Assembly: GCF_964213995.1 (NCBI RefSeq)
Contig: NW_027590123.1
Coordinates: 62,001 to 126,000 of the forward strand
Source of the DNA: Mustelus asterias
Lineage: Eukaryota
Direction: 5' to 3'
Length of the DNA stretch: 64,000 nucleotides
In this document: in pieces, positions 47,640-60,759 of the stretch
Layout: every line of letters starts with the position of its first letter
Position numbering within the stretch: position 1 is the first letter of the stretch
Notes under the pieces: model-generated
What the model saw: the letters and a program-made list of their open reading frames with translations, nothing else
Database searches by the model: none
What the model was told of the DNA's origin: nothing
Translations under genes and position numbers: made by a program

Positions 47640-48710
47640 GCATTCGCCAAATCCAACTCTTGCACTCATTTGTGAACTCACTGGTGTCTCAGTAGGTTGG
47701 ATGATGGAGTGAGTCCCTTTCCCACACACACAGCAGGCGAATGCACCCTCCTCAGTGTGAACTTGCTAATACGCCAGCAGCTCAGATGAGTCAGCAAATT
47801 CCTTCCTTCACCTGGAGCATCTGAACAGCCTCTCTCCGGAATGAACTTGCTGGTGTGCCGACAGACTGGCAACTGAGTAAATCCATCTCCACAAATGGAG
47901 AATGTGAAAGTTCTCTCCTCAGTGTGACTGTGTTGATCATTTCCCAGTTGAAACGGGTAAATGAATCCCATCCCTCAATCCCCATATGTCCATGCTTTCT
48001 CCATGGTGCTGGTGTCCTTGTGTCTCTCCAGGTTGGATGATCAGTCAAAGCTTCATCCACACACACAACACGCATACAGTCTCTCCTCGCTGTGAATGCT
48101 GTGATGTATTTTCAGGATGTGTAACCGGTTAAAGCTCTTTCCACACTCCGTTCACTGGAACACTCTCACTCGGGTGTGTCTGTGTCTCGGTGCTTTTCCA
48201 GTCACACAGATATTTGAAATAGGGCGGCACGGTAGCACAGTGGTTAGCACTGCTGCTTCACAGCTCCAGGGACCTGGGTTCGATTCCCGGCTTGGGTCAC
48301 TGTCTGTGTGGAGTTTGCACATTCTCCTCGTGTCTGCGTGGGTTTCCTCCGGGTGCTCCGGTTTCCTCCCACAGTCCAAAGATGTGCTGGTTAGGTTGAT
48401 TGGCAATGCTAAAAATTGCCACTTAGAGTCCTGAGATGCGTAGGTTAGAGGGATTAGCGGGTAAATATGTGGGGGTAGGGCCTGGGTGGGATTGTGGTCG
48501 GTGCAGACTCGATGGGCCGAATGGCCTCCTTCTGCACTGTAGGGTTTCTATGAAATCTTTTACCACAGATAGAACAAACAAACATTTCTCCTTCCACATT
48601 GAAAGGTTAATGATATTCAGGTCCTGATGAATCGAGTGATTCTGTTAGATCTCAATGTGATGTTTGGCTATAAGTTCCCGACCTGTAAATCATCCCCTGC
48701 TAATACCCTG
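47640..48710 (-). pseudogene. decayed ZNF terminal exon interrupted by a SINE
   Basis: degenerate MEKAWTY start at 48004, broken fingers, HK* end near 47667. Confidence 0.85.
48222..48552 (+). mobile_element. young full-length HE1-like SINE
   Basis: near-identical to 17905..18246; tgaaat on both sides (possible TSD). Confidence 0.9.
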
Positions 48711-49056
48711 GGAATAATGTTCACAAGAATCATCAATAACCAGCCTCTTGTGCTGTTTGGGTTTCTGTTTCTCTTCCTGTACAATGTAACCCTGCCCTCA
48801 TGTTCTACAGACATCCATTTCCCAAACACTGATCTGCTCGAGGGGGTTCCACCAACCCAAATGTCTGCCTCTGTACCACGGTTAAATTCACGGCTGGGTG
48901 GCCTTGGAAAGGGAGCACGTGGTGTCCACTGCCACTGCCAGGCCTTCCATGACTGGTGGGCTCTTGTGGGGTCTGGGCTGCATCATCAATCCCGGCCCCC
49001 CAGTAATGACATTTTAGTCTCATTAGTTACCTTTCACCCTCATTCTGTTTCATGTC

Positions 49057-49372
49057 ACAGAATCATAGAATCCATACAGTGCATGAGGCCATTCGGCCCA
49101 TCGAGCTGCACCGACCACAATCCCACCCAAGCCCTATTCCCGTAACCCCACATATTTACTCTCCTAATCCCCCTGACACTAGGGTCAATTTAGCATAGCC
49201 AATCAACCTAACCTGCACATCTTGGGACTGTGGGAGGAAACCAGAACACGCGGAGGAAACCCACGCAGACACAGGGAGAACATGCAAACTCCACACAGAC
49301 AGTGACCCAAGGCCAGAACTGAACCCAGGTCCCTGGCGCTGTGAGGCAGCAGTGCTAACCACTGTGCTGCCC
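49057..49372 (-). mobile_element. HE1-like SINE
   Basis: full head to tail in reverse orientation. Confidence 0.85.
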
Positions 49373-49979
49373 ATTTACTTTTGGTTTATATTAAACAACA
49401 TTTTAATTAATTTTGATACATTTTCTTTGAAGTTCTGTCTTTTTGTTACAATGATGTTTTGAGGAGATTTCACTTGTTAATTAGTTTATTTGTTTTAGTG
49501 GTATAAAAAACAGAACACAGATCAGAGACCTCACTGACTTCAGCCCAAAGTGGAACCACAGGAAGAGGAGACTCCACAAACATCCCTATTCTCAATGATG
49601 GGTCCAGCACATCAAGACTGGGTTTTGTGTTTACTGAGGCCGAGTGTGTTATCACTACCTTCACTGATTCCCCAGGTGAGGAGAGATGTTGTGGAAGGTC
49701 TGGGTCCAAGGGAATAGCTGAAGGTCCGCAACTGAAATGATCCAGACAGTGAGAAAGGAGAAAAAAAATACTCACAAATGGAGCAGTCAGTAACAGGATA
49801 TCGAATAATCTCCTCTTATCCTGGAGAAATAAAGGACACGACGGTGTGTCTGAAATAATATTAGTTCATTTGACACGCATCGGAATACTAAACTGCAGCA
49901 AGTTATGGAGATTATTAACATCAGCATGAAGAAACTCCAGCTCTCAGGCTGAACATGTTTCAGGCTGGGATGTGATTAA

Positions 49980-50225
49980 TCTGGAATTAAAAGTCTACTG
50001 ATGACCATGAAACCATTGACGATTGTCGGAAAAACCCATCTGGTTCACTAATGTCCTTCAGGGAAGGAAATCTGCCGCCCTTACCTGGTCTGGCCTACAT
50101 GTGATTCCAGAGCCACTGCAATGTGGTTGACTCTGAGATGGCCTCTGAAATGGAGGGGAATTAGGGATGGGCGATAAATGCTCGGCCCAGTCAGCGACCC
50201 TCACGTCCTGTAAGATGAATTTTTA
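49980..50225 (+). mobile_element. second SINE-like family, 3' part (also 52380..52715, 59080..59340(-), 8210..8305(-), 54375..54495(-))
   Basis: shared aaaacccatctggttcact..ggaaggaaatctgcc..gggatgggc.ataaatgct. Confidence 0.75.
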
Positions 50226-50254
50226 AAGATAACAGCAGAATCCAAATCCTTCCA

Positions 50255-51178
50255 TCATTTGTGAACTTTCTGGTGTCTCAAAAGGTGGGATGAGTGGATG
50301 AAGGTCTTCCCACAGTCAGAGCAAAGGAATGGCCTCTCCCCAGTGTGAACTCGCTGGTGTGTCAGAAGATTGGCTGAATGAATGAATCCTTTTCCACACG
50401 TGGAGCAGGTGAACGACCTCTTCCCAGTGTGAACTCGCTGGTGTTTCTGGAGGCTGGATGACAGAGTGAATCCTGTCCCACACACTGTACATCTGAATGG
50501 CCTCTCCCCATTGTGAACTCGCTGGTGTGTCAGCAGGTCAGTTGTGGTTCTGTAAGTCTTCTCACACTCAGAGCATTTGAAAAGTCTTTTATCCGTGTGA
50601 ACCAGTTGGTGTTTAGCAAGGTGGGATGATCGTGCAAATGCCTTCTCACACACAGCGCAGGTGAATGGCCTCTCCCCAGTGTGAACTCGCTGGTGTATCA
50701 GCAATTCATTTGTGGTTTTATAACTCTTCTCACATTCAGTACATTTGAGAGGTCTGTTATCAGTGTGAACCAGTCGGTGTGTAGTGAGGTAGGATAATCG
50801 CGTGAATCCCTTCCCACACACAGAGCAGGTGAATGGCCTCTCCCCAGTGTGAGTGCGTTCATGTTCGATGAGGTTCTGTGATCGTATGAACCCCCTCCCA
50901 CAGTGAGAGCAACTGAACTGTCTCTCAGTGTGAACAACCTGGTGCGTGACCAGGTCCTCCGAGCTTTTAAAGTTGCTTTCACAGTCCGAGCGGTTTAACA
51001 GCCTCTCATCAAGGTGAACTTGCTGGTGTGAAAGCAGGTGGGATGACTGAATGAATCCTTTCCCACACATGGAGCAGGTGAATGGTCTCTCCCCAGTGTG
51101 ACTGCGTTGATGATTTTTAAGCTGGGAAGGGTAACTGAACCCCTTCCCACAATCCGCACATTTCCACTGTTTCTCCAT
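50255..51178 (-). CDS. C2H2 zinc-finger protein, 10 intact plus 1 degenerate finger
   Basis: ACCATGG start, MEKQWKCADC, ends HQKVHK*. Confidence 0.9.
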   Translation of the reverse strand: MEKQWKCADCGKGFSYPSQLKNHQRSHTGERPFTCSMCGKGFIQSSHLLSHQQVHLDERLLNRSDCESNFKSSEDLVTHQVVHTERQFSCSHCGRGFIRSQNLIEHERTHTGERPFTCSVCGKGFTRLSYLTTHRLVHTDNRPLKCTECEKSYKTTNELLIHQRVHTGERPFTCAVCEKAFARSSHLAKHQLVHTDKRLFKCSECEKTYRTTTDLLTHQRVHNGERPFRCTVCGTGFTLSSSLQKHQRVHTGKRSFTCSTCGKGFIHSANLLTHQRVHTGERPFLCSDCGKTFIHSSHLLRHQKVHK

Positions 51179-51929
51179 GGTGCTGGTGTCCTTGTGTATC
51201 TCCAGGTTGGATGATCAGTTAAAGCCTCATCCACACACAGAACACGTGATGATTTCTCCTGGCTGTGAATGTTGTGATGTTTTTTTCAGGCTGTGTAACT
51301 GGTTAAAGCTCTTTCCACAGTCAGTTCACTGGAACACTCTCACTTGGGTGTGTGTGTGTCTCGGTGCTTTTCCAGTCACACTGATGTTTGCAAAACAAAC
51401 AAACATTTCTGCTTCCACATTCAAAGGTCGATGATAATCAGGTTCTGATGAATGGAACAATTTTGCTGTATTTTTGTGTGATGTTGTGTTTGAGTTTCAC
51501 ATTTGCAAAACTTCCTCTTCTAATACCCTGTAAAAGGAGTTTACAAAAATTATCATTGTAACATGATAGAAATTCAGAACAGATATTTAATTTTCTATTG
51601 AATATTCTTTTCCCTTGTTTGTTTCCCCAAATATGTGGTCCAAACAAACTAAAAGAAAAAGATCAGCAACAAAGTACCAACAAGAAGAAAGGTTAGCTTC
51701 CTAACGAAACCAGAATGTTGTTTCCAGTGTCTTGAAGTTACTTTGTACCCTGCGATGCTCATCAGTTGTGGAAGGTAGCAAGTGCATCAGTGGACACCAC
51801 ATGCTCCCTCTCCAGGAGAGACTGCAAGGATATGCGACATCCACCCAATTGCTATGGACACTGCTCATTCAGCTTCAACAAATTGTTGTTTGAATCTGGC
51901 CCAAGAGCAGGTCCAGGAGAAGATACTCT

Positions 51930-52370
51930 GATCTTGGTTAAGCTGCATTTGGAGTATTGCATGCATTCCTGGCCACCATACTACCAGAAGGACCTGGAAG
52001 CTCTGGAGAGAGTGCAAAGAAGGTTCACCACGATGTTGCCTGGTCTCGAGGATGTTGGCGAGGAGGGGTTGAATGGGATTTTTCACTGGAAAGACAGAGG
52101 CTGACGGGAGACCTGATAGAGGTCTACAAAATTATGAGAGGCATAGGCAGGGTGGATAGTCAGAGGTTTTTTTCTTAGGGTGGAATTATCAATTACAAGG
52201 GGCACAGGTTCAAGATGAGAAGGGGAATGTTTAAGGGAGATGTGCAGCGGAAGTTTTTCACACAGAGTGGTAGGTGCCTGGAACATGCTGCCAAATAGGT
52301 GGTGGAAGCAGGCAGATTAGCAAAATTTAACAGGAATCTGGATGGGTACTTGAATAGGGAGGAATTAGAA
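51930..52370 (+). mobile_element. CR1 3' fragment
   Basis: LHLEYCMHSWPPYYQKDLEALERVQRRFT. Confidence 0.85.
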
Positions 52371-52379
52371 ATTATCGAA

Positions 52380-52715
52380 AGACTATTAATCCAGAAACTC
52401 AGCTAATGTTCTGGGGACCCGCGTTCAAATCCTGCCACAGCAGGTGGTGGAATTTGAATTCAACAAAAAATATCTGGAATTAAGAATCTACTGATGACCA
52501 TGAAACCATTGTCGATTGTCGGAAAAACCCATCTGGTTCACTGATGTCTTTTAGGGAAGGAAATCTGCCATCCTTTTCTGGTCAGGCCTACATGTGACTC
52601 CAGAGCCACAGCAATGTGGTTGACTCTCAACTGCCCTCTGAACAAGGGCAACTAGGGATGGGCAATAAATGCTGGACAGCCAGCGACATCCATGTCCCAT
52701 AAATTAATTTTTAAA
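52380..52715 (+). mobile_element. second SINE-like family, near full length
   Basis: B-box-like cgttcaaatcc near 52422; body shared with 49980..50225. Confidence 0.75.
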
Positions 52716-52718
52716 AAT

Positions 52719-52977
52719 CCCACCCAGGGCCAATTCCCACAACCACACACATTTATCTTACTAATTCTCCTGACACTCGGGTCAATTTAACATAGCCAAT
52801 CAACCTAACCCGCACATCTTTGGACTGTGGGAGGAAACTGGAGCACCCGGAAGAAACCCACACAGACACGGAGAGAATGTGCAAACTCCACACAGAAAGT
52901 GACCCAAGGCCAGAATTAAACCTGGGACCCTGGAGCTCCGAGGCAGCAGTGCTAACCACTGTGCCACCATGCTGCCC
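52719..52977 (-). mobile_element. HE1-like SINE
   Basis: reverse-oriented head gcagcagtgctaaccactgtgccaccatgctgccc. Confidence 0.85.
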
Positions 52978-53539
52978 AGAGGGATACAGACCGAGCAAGG
53001 GCAGAAGGTTTTTTGTAAATTAGGGTATCATGATTGGCATGGACTTGGAGGACCAAAGGGCCTGTTCCTGTGCTCTACTTTTCTTTGTTCTCCCCAACTT
53101 CCCCCCTCACAGCCAAAGATTAGGAGATTGGGGTGAAAGTGTTAACAAAGGTTGAGGAGCAGCTCCTTCAGGTAACTATACAGGACTGCAACATCTCACA
53201 CTGAATATAGAATCCCTACAATGCAGAATGTGCCATTTGACCCATTGAGTATGCAATGACTCTCCGACAGAGTATCTTAGCAGGTGTTCTTCCTCACCCT
53301 ATCCTGGTAACCTCACAATTTCCCATCTAACCTGCACATCTTGGGACACTAAGAGGCAAGTTAACATGGGCAATCCACATCTTTGGGCTATAATATAATA
53401 TTAATATCATGTAAACATGGCCCATGGACTCCTTTAGGCTGCAAACATCAGCTGCAGCCTGGGAGTGGATGAAGCTGTTTAAAATCTGTTTACTCAGTTA
53501 TGGTTCCCCGGGCACCAGTTGGGAACAGAGACCCTGAAG

Positions 53540-53930
53540 CCCCGTCCACTCTGTGACATCACCTGAACGAAGACGCATGCGCACTCCTCGGCTTTGAATC
53601 AAGATGGCGGCCAGTAACCGGGGCCTCGTTTCGGGAAAAAGACCCGGAGCGGCAAACGCGGCACCTTCAGGTTCGTTATAGGGGGTTAGAGAATTCACCC
53701 GGTGTTTACAAACTCTCCCCAACCAGAATCGCCTCCGTTACTCACTCCGGGTTTCCGCATCCTTACCGACTGCCTGTTAACCAAAGAAACGTCTTTGTCT
53801 CAGGAGACATCACTCATACTGCGCATGCTCCAACTGGATGAGCATTGAGCCTGCGCACTACTCTCCTGCAGTGAAGAAAGGGGACTTTCAGCACCGCGGG
53901 GAATGCTGGGTATAAAGCCCGCCATTGACA
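53540..53930. promoter_or_regulatory. CpG-rich promoter between head-to-head ZNFs
   Basis: cgcatgcgca at 53575, aagatggcggcc at 53601, minus-strand donor GTGAGTAA near 53745, tgcgcatg at 53820. Confidence 0.65.
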
Positions 53931-54767
53931 ATCCCAATTAGTGAATAGTGATTATTTTTGCTGTGTTGTGGAAATTGTGGCGGGTGGGGAAACCGATAAA
54001 ATTAGGAACAAAATCATAAATTACGCCAAGTGTACAGACCGTTAATTATCAACCAGAAAGAAGGAAAATAGGGATTGCTGAAAGACTGTCCTTTTAAGTA
54101 TTGAAATTATATTTATAATGAGAAGAAAATCAATCTGTGTAGCTTTAGTGAATATCGATATGCAAAGAGTAAGATGAAAGACTTTTAATCACCTCAAACA
54201 CTTGGCATAGAACTGTCTGAAACTCAAAACAGGAGCTTCAGGAAATCAATGACAAAATGAGCATTTATAAATATGTAAATATATATATATATATACATAT
54301 ATAAATTTATAAATGAGCATTTACACCGTTGACAGAAGACATTTTTAAATGTAAATTATTTACACTCAATCACTTTTGTATTCATTTGTGGGACGTGGAC
54401 GTCGCTGGTCGGCCAGCATTTATTGCCCATCTCCAGTTGCCCTTGGTGGGCACTTAAGATTCAACCACATTGCTGTGGCTTTGGTATCACATGTTTTAAT
54501 GACAATGTTACAATCCATAATTATCCATGTGGCAGAATGTATCCCATCAGTGACTGGTTGTCTGTTCTGAATTTCTGAGCTGTACTGACAGTGATGACAT
54601 TTGCAAACTTCTTTTACAGGATATTAAAAGGGAAGAACTTGCCATAAGAAATCTCAAACCAAACTTCACACCAAGATCTGACAGAGTCACTCGATTTAAT
54701 AGGATGAGGCAAACCATCGCCCATTTTACCATTCCTGTGACTGGAAAAGCACCGAGACACCGACACC

Positions 54768-55700
54768 ATGGGGAAACCGTGGAAATGTGAGGGTTGTGGA
54801 AAGGGATTCAAGTCCCCATCTGAGTTGGAAATTCATCGACGCAGTCACACCGGGGAAAGACCATTCACCTGCTCTCAGTGTGGGAAGAGATTTACTAATG
54901 CATCCGACCTGCTTACACACCAGCGAGTTCACAGCAGGGAGAGGCCATTCACCTGCTCTGTGTGTGGGAAGAAATTCAGTATTTCATCCAACCTAGTGAG
55001 ACACCATCGAGTTCACACAGGGATGAGACCATTCAGCTGCTCAGTGTGTGGGAAAAGATGCAGAGATTCATCCACCCTACTGGTACACCAACAAGTTCAC
55101 ACCAAGGAGAGGCAATTCATCTGCTCTGACTGTGGGAAGAGATTCACTCGGTCATCCAGTCTGCAGAGGCACCATCGAGTTCACACTGGGGAGAGACCAT
55201 TCACCTGCTCAGAGTGTGGGAAAGGATTCAGAGATTCATCTGACCTGCTGGCACATCAGCGAGTTCACACTGGAGAGAGGCCGTTCATCTGCTCCGTGTG
55301 TGGGAAAGGATTCGGAGATTCCTCCACCCTGCTGATACACCAGCGAGTTCACACTGGGGAGAGACCGTTCACCTGCTCCACTTGTGGGAAGGGATTCACT
55401 CAGTTAGCCAACCTGCTAAGACACCAACAAATTCACAGCGGGGACAGGGAGAGGCCTTTCATCTGCTCAGAGTGTGAGATGGGATTCTGTGAGTTATCTA
55501 CCCTGCTGACACACCAGCGGGTTCACACTGGGGAGAAGCCATTTACCTGCTCCGTGTGTGGGAAGAGATTCAATCGGTCATCGAACCTGCTGACACATCA
55601 GCGAGTCCACACTGGGGAGAGACCATTTACCTGCTCTGTGTGTGGGAAGGGATTCACTCAGTCATCCCACCTGCTGAGACACCAGCGAGTTCACAAGTGA
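54768..55700 (+). CDS. C2H2 zinc-finger protein, 11 fingers
   Basis: ACCATGG start, [10 protein letters not shown], ends HQRVHK*. Confidence 0.9.
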   Translation: MGKPWKCEGCGKGFKSPSELEIHRRSHTGERPFTCSQCGKRFTNASDLLTHQRVHSRERPFTCSVCGKKFSISSNLVRHHRVHTGMRPFSCSVCGKRCRDSSTLLVHQQVHTKERQFICSDCGKRFTRSSSLQRHHRVHTGERPFTCSECGKGFRDSSDLLAHQRVHTGERPFICSVCGKGFGDSSTLLIHQRVHTGERPFTCSTCGKGFTQLANLLRHQQIHSGDRERPFICSECEMGFCELSTLLTHQRVHTGEKPFTCSVCGKRFNRSSNLLTHQRVHTGERPFTCSVCGKGFTQSSHLLRHQRVHK

Positions 55701-56407
55701 TGACAGGGGTTGGATTTTGCTGTTATTGCTGCTGTTAATCACATCCAGGACTGAACCATGTTCATTCTGACAGTTGGTGAAGTGGGAGGGTCAGAGGGTT
55801 TCTTGCTGTTGGACTGACCGGTCTCTCAATTTTCATTCCAGTGGCTGATTCCCTTTGAGCGAGGGCACATTTCCACTGAAATGATCCACAAAAGCAGATG
55901 TCAGATGAGACCGAGATGAGGAAAAAACTTAACTCAAAGTGTAGTGAACTTGTGGAATTCTCTACCACCGAAGGCTGTGGAATCCCAGTCACTGAATATA
56001 TTCAAGGAAGAGAAAGATTTTAGTTTAGATTTTAATGGCTTCAGGTGGTATGGGGAGAATATGGCATTGAGATCGAGGATCAGCCATGATCATATTGAAT
56101 GGTGGAGCAGACTCGAATGGCCTGCTCTTAGTTTCTTACAGTACAGTAATTTTATCCTGAGTAATAACGTCTTTTTCCTACCACTACAGGTCCTTTATCG
56201 CTCATCCGTCCTCATTCTCAGGGTTGGCCGCGCTCTGAACAATCTTTGTCCACTGTTTTCTCAGCTGCTCTCACTGCCTGTCCCATCGAGAGGCCGGTCC
56301 ACATTCCGATATTATCCACCCATCTCGGGCCTTCCTTGCACACATTTTCCAGGTGTTCTGTCTCACATTACCTCTTTTTCCAAACACTCCCTCCCTATTC
56401 ACAACAC

Positions 56408-56800
56408 ATCTTATAGAGACCTATAAGATAATGAAGGGGCTCGACAGGGTGGAGGCAGAGAGATTCTTTCCACTTAGAAAGGAAACAAGAACTAGAGGAC
56501 ACAGTCTCAAAATAAGGGGGAGTCAGTTTAAGACAGAGTTGGGGAGGAACTTCTTCTCTCAGAGGGTAGTGAGTCTCTGGAATTCTCTGCCCACTGAAGC
56601 AGTGGAGGCTACCTCGTTAAATATGTTTAAGTCACAGGTAGATATTTTTCTGATCAATAAGGGAATTAAGGGTGATAGGGAGCAGGCGGGTAAGTGGAAC
56701 TGATTCACTTCAGATCAGCCATGATCTTACTGAATGGCGGGGCAGGCTCGAGGGGCTAGATTGCCTACTCCTGCTCCTATTTCTTATGTTCTTATGCTCT
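56408..56800 (+). mobile_element. CR1 3' end
   Basis: LIETYKIMKGLDRV..RNFFSQRVVSLWNSLP plus (cttatg)n tail. Confidence 0.9.
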
Positions 56801-56802
56801 TA

Positions 56803-57060
56803 TGTCCAAAATAGGTGAGCTTCTGGGATGTCAGAGCCTCAAACAGGTTCCGGTGAACACCAGCTTTCTCCAGCACCCACTCATTCATCCATTTTGCCGT
56901 CCGTGACACACGGAATATCCGTCCGAGTCCTTTCATTTCAAACACTTTTATTGGAGCCTCGTCACTCTTACTGATAGTCCAGCTTTCACAGACACACATT
57001 GGCACCGGCCACACAAGGGCTTTCAGAAGGTGAATGTTCATTGTAACCGAGATTCTGTGG
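56803..57060 (-). mobile_element. RTE-clade (BovB-like) LINE fragment
   Basis: LLKALVWPV..CESWTI..IKVFEM..RIFRV..KLTYFGH matches the post-RT region of RTE elements. Confidence 0.75.
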
Positions 57061-57822
57061 CTGCTCCGCACTGTTTTCACTGAGATCACAACACCATGAT
57101 CCTTAAGACTGGCCTGAGTTTGTTTGATAGATCCTGCAGTCAGATCTCAGATAAATACATGAGTCTCAGTTCCATTGAGTCTCCAGCACAGGGCCGGGCC
57201 AGCCGGCTCAATCGGTCTGTCAGTAATTTGCTCCACATCAGCCTCCACCTCCCCCACTGCATCTCCTCCCGATCAGCATATCCTTCTGTTACTGTGTCCC
57301 TCATGTGTGGATCTAACTTTCCTTTCAATGTATTCATGCTGTTCACCTCAACCACTCACCATGGACCAAGTTCCATATCCTCTGTTATTTGGGGTCAATA
57401 ATGAATTCCCCTTTTGTACTCTTTAACATCGAAATTTGGATCAAATTAAACAATCAAATTAAATGAATGGGAAGGCGTGGGGGGGGGGGGGGGGGGGGGA
57501 GGCAGTGGGGGGAGGGGGGGGGAGAATCCTTTAAAGGGACAGCCAAAAACTAAACCCTGAATGAAAAGTTACAAACGTAAAACTATGATGTGGTTCTGGG
57601 GAGGAATGAAGCTCTCCAGCCCCCACAGTGCCCACTGAAGACCTTGTGTTGGTCGTCACCACATGCTTCCTTTCCAGGGACACCTGGTCGCAAACATGGG
57701 CTGACATGGTGGTTCGCACTGCTGTCTCACAGCTCCAGGGAGCCGAGTTCAATTCCAGCCTTGGGTGATTGTCTGCATGGAGTTTGCATGTTCTCCCCAT
57801 GTCTGCATGGGCTTCCTCCGGT

Positions 57823-58097
57823 TAGTGTCACAAGTAGGTTTACATTAACACTGCAATGAAGTCACTGTGAAAATCCCCTAGTCGCCACACTCCTGCACCT
57901 GTTCGGTGACACTGAGGGAGAATTTGGCATAGCCAATGCACCGAACCAGCACGTCTTTCAGACTGTGGGAGGTAACCGGAGCACCCGGAGGAAACCCACG
58001 CAGACAAGGGGAGAACACAGACAAGTGACCCAAGCTGGGAATCAAACTCAGGTCCCTGGCGCTGTGAGGCAGCTAACTGCTGTGCCACCGTGCCACC
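57823..58097 (-). mobile_element. V-SINE variant
   Basis: HE1-like head and core with an alternative tail. Confidence 0.75.
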
Positions 58098-59399
58098 AAT
58101 GATCCAGGTGAATGTTAAATAAGAGACAGACCAGAATTATAATCTCTCAACTATTAGAATGGTTTATTCAAAAAGAGTAAATAATACGAGAGAAATTAAA
58201 ACAATGAGTCTCACTGCCTTCTGCCTGTCGGGGACCCTTCTAACGACAGCTGGTCTGGAGCTCGAGAGGTCCCGGCAACGTTCGTGATCCCGGTCCAAGG
58301 TGAAGTCCAACGTACCCGGGTCGAAGCCCCGCCCCCCGTGTTTTACAGTGCGGCACAAACAACCTGACAGGAGATTTGGTAAATTCCCAGGCTTGGGAAA
58401 CAATATACAAACACAGCACTGGAAGGTCAGCTTGTTTCTGTAGCGCAGCTGCTTCTTTAGGTTCTCACAGCATGAATAAATGCTGAGTTGACTGGTGAAT
58501 ATCTTAACTCTTTACTTTCTATTCATTCCACCCTGAGATTCAGCAGCCAACGCAGCAATCCCATCTGTACCTGTATACGTTCCTTCACAACAATGACCTG
58601 TGTGAACAATGCACGCACGCTGTACCACAAGACAAGTAAAATGAACAACAAAAGGGTACAAAGTAGCAGTATGACAACAGGATGTAACATTAAAGTAAAA
58701 ACAGCGGATGGTTTGGGTGACCATACATTAAAAACACCCCACCAAAGGTGAAAACTGAGGCAATTAAGTTAATCCGATGTTTGGTGAAGTTTGCCTTAAG
58801 CACAGGTCATTTCCACACTCTGCCTGAGAAGATGTTGCCTGTCTTGACTTAAGTGTGCAGAAACGTGTGTATTTTGTTCAATAAACCTGCATAATTTATT
58901 CAGTTCAATTGAAGGCAGATGCACAATACCGTGGGTGTGTCTATATCAAATAATATGTTCTATTAGTATGTACATCAAATATGTCCCATGCATCTTTCCA
59001 ACATTGGTTTACAGGGGGTTCAAGCTGTCTGGCATTCAGATGCACATTGTGAGTGCTGGTCATGCAGACATAGTTTTAAAAAATTATTCATGGAGTCACA
59101 TGTGGGCCAGACCAGTTAAGGATGGCAGATTTCCTTCCCGAAAGGACATTGTGAATCAGATGGTTTTTTTTCTGACAATCGACAATGGTTTCATGGTCAT
59201 CAGGAGATTCTTATTTCCAGATCTTTTTCATTAAATGTCACCATCTGCTGTGGTGGGATTAGAACCTGGGTCCCCAGAACATTAGCTGAGTTCTGAATGA
59301 GTAATCTAGCGATAATATCACGAGGCCATCACCTCCCCACCAAACTTGCCCAATTTCATGCATAATAGTATCATTAACTGGCGATAATTCCTATTGACA

Positions 59400-60450
59400 T
59401 TGGCCATGACTCAGGTGTAAGGTACAAGCTTCATGTATGAGGAGTTATGTAGAGGACATACCATTACAAAAGGCGATTGGCTACAATCCGCCACACTGAG
59501 CACGGATGCCTGGACAGTGATGTTATACAAATAATATTTCTGTCCTTCTCCACAAGTACATTTGTTTTGAGTGCATATTTTACTGGATGCCTTCCATCCC
59601 CCATGCATCGGGAGTGAACGCAGCTTAGGAGGTACAAGCCAAGCATGTCCAGCAGCAATTATTTCCCCTTTTCTGTGGGGTTTGGTTTGAGATATGTACC
59701 CACACCTTGCCACCCTTACATACAGGTGTGTCATATTCCCTGTCTGGAGGAAGAATTGAAGGGACAGGTTGTTTTATCATCTGACTCACGGGGTTTCATA
59801 GAATCCCTACAGTGCAGAAGGAGGCCATTCGGCCCATTGAATCTGCACCGACCACAATCCCATCCAGGCCCTATCCCCATAACCATACTTATTTACCCTA
59901 TAACACCCTGACACTAAGAGGCAATTTAGCATGGCCAATCAACCTAACCCGCATCTTTGGAGTGTGGAAGGAAACCAGAGCACTTGGATGAAACCCACGC
60001 AGACACGGGGAGAATGTGCAAACTCCACACAGACGGTGACACAAGCCAGGAGTCAAACCCAGGTCCTTGGTGCTGTGAGGCTGCAGTGCTAACCACTGTG
60101 CTGCCGTGCCACCCCTCCTTTTTGTGGCCTATTATTCAAATTATATAAGGCCTGTGCCACTCTTTGAGTGTGTGGTCACTGGTCAAAAGTTTGATTTGTT
60201 GTTTCAATAGCCCATTCATGCGTTCAATCAGGCCAGGCTAGGGGATGTGCAATACCCAATGTATTCCATTCATTGACTCCTATGTGATACAAATGTCATC
60301 CCAACTTGATTTTTACACGGTGAGATCTTATTCCTTCGCACCTTATCACATTATTATTCTTGATCACTCGAGCTCTGATTTTTCACTGGCCATGCTAGGG
60401 TAGGATTATAACCATTCATTAGAATCTACTCTCGCTTTTCAGTCCAGTGT
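59400..60450 (-). mobile_element. endogenous retrovirus remnant (integrase core and C-terminus, possible env start), interrupted by a SINE
   Basis: NGIHWVLHIP*PGLIERMNGLLKQQIK at 60270..60190; AWPVKN near 60390; GGKVWVHI..RKGEIIAAG at 59715..59650. Confidence 0.7.
59796..60111 (-). mobile_element. HE1-like SINE
   Basis: full head to tail in reverse orientation. Confidence 0.85.
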
Positions 60451-60759
60451 TACTTGGAGTATACCATCACTTCAGTGACCATCTGGTCATAGTCCCTCAC
60501 AGTTCTCATCACAAATTTATGATAAAATAATTTAAACAATGCCTGAGAACGCTTCTGAACTTCTTAATCAACTACCTACCACTGTTTGTTGATTGGTCAG
60601 ACCCTCTTTTCACAGATTCGGGTATCTCAGCCACTGAACACCAGCCAGTCCTGGAATAAGTTTAATTCTAACTCAATGAGGAAATATTCTCACCAGGTCC
60701 TCTGTCAGGGCACTGCTAAGCAGCTTTAATGGTCCATGATTGCAGAAACTGAGCTGTGG

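Noticed and set aside
57477-57522. Poly-G tract as a functional element
   Set aside because: It lies beside a Tx1-like remnant, and homopolymer length is unreliable.
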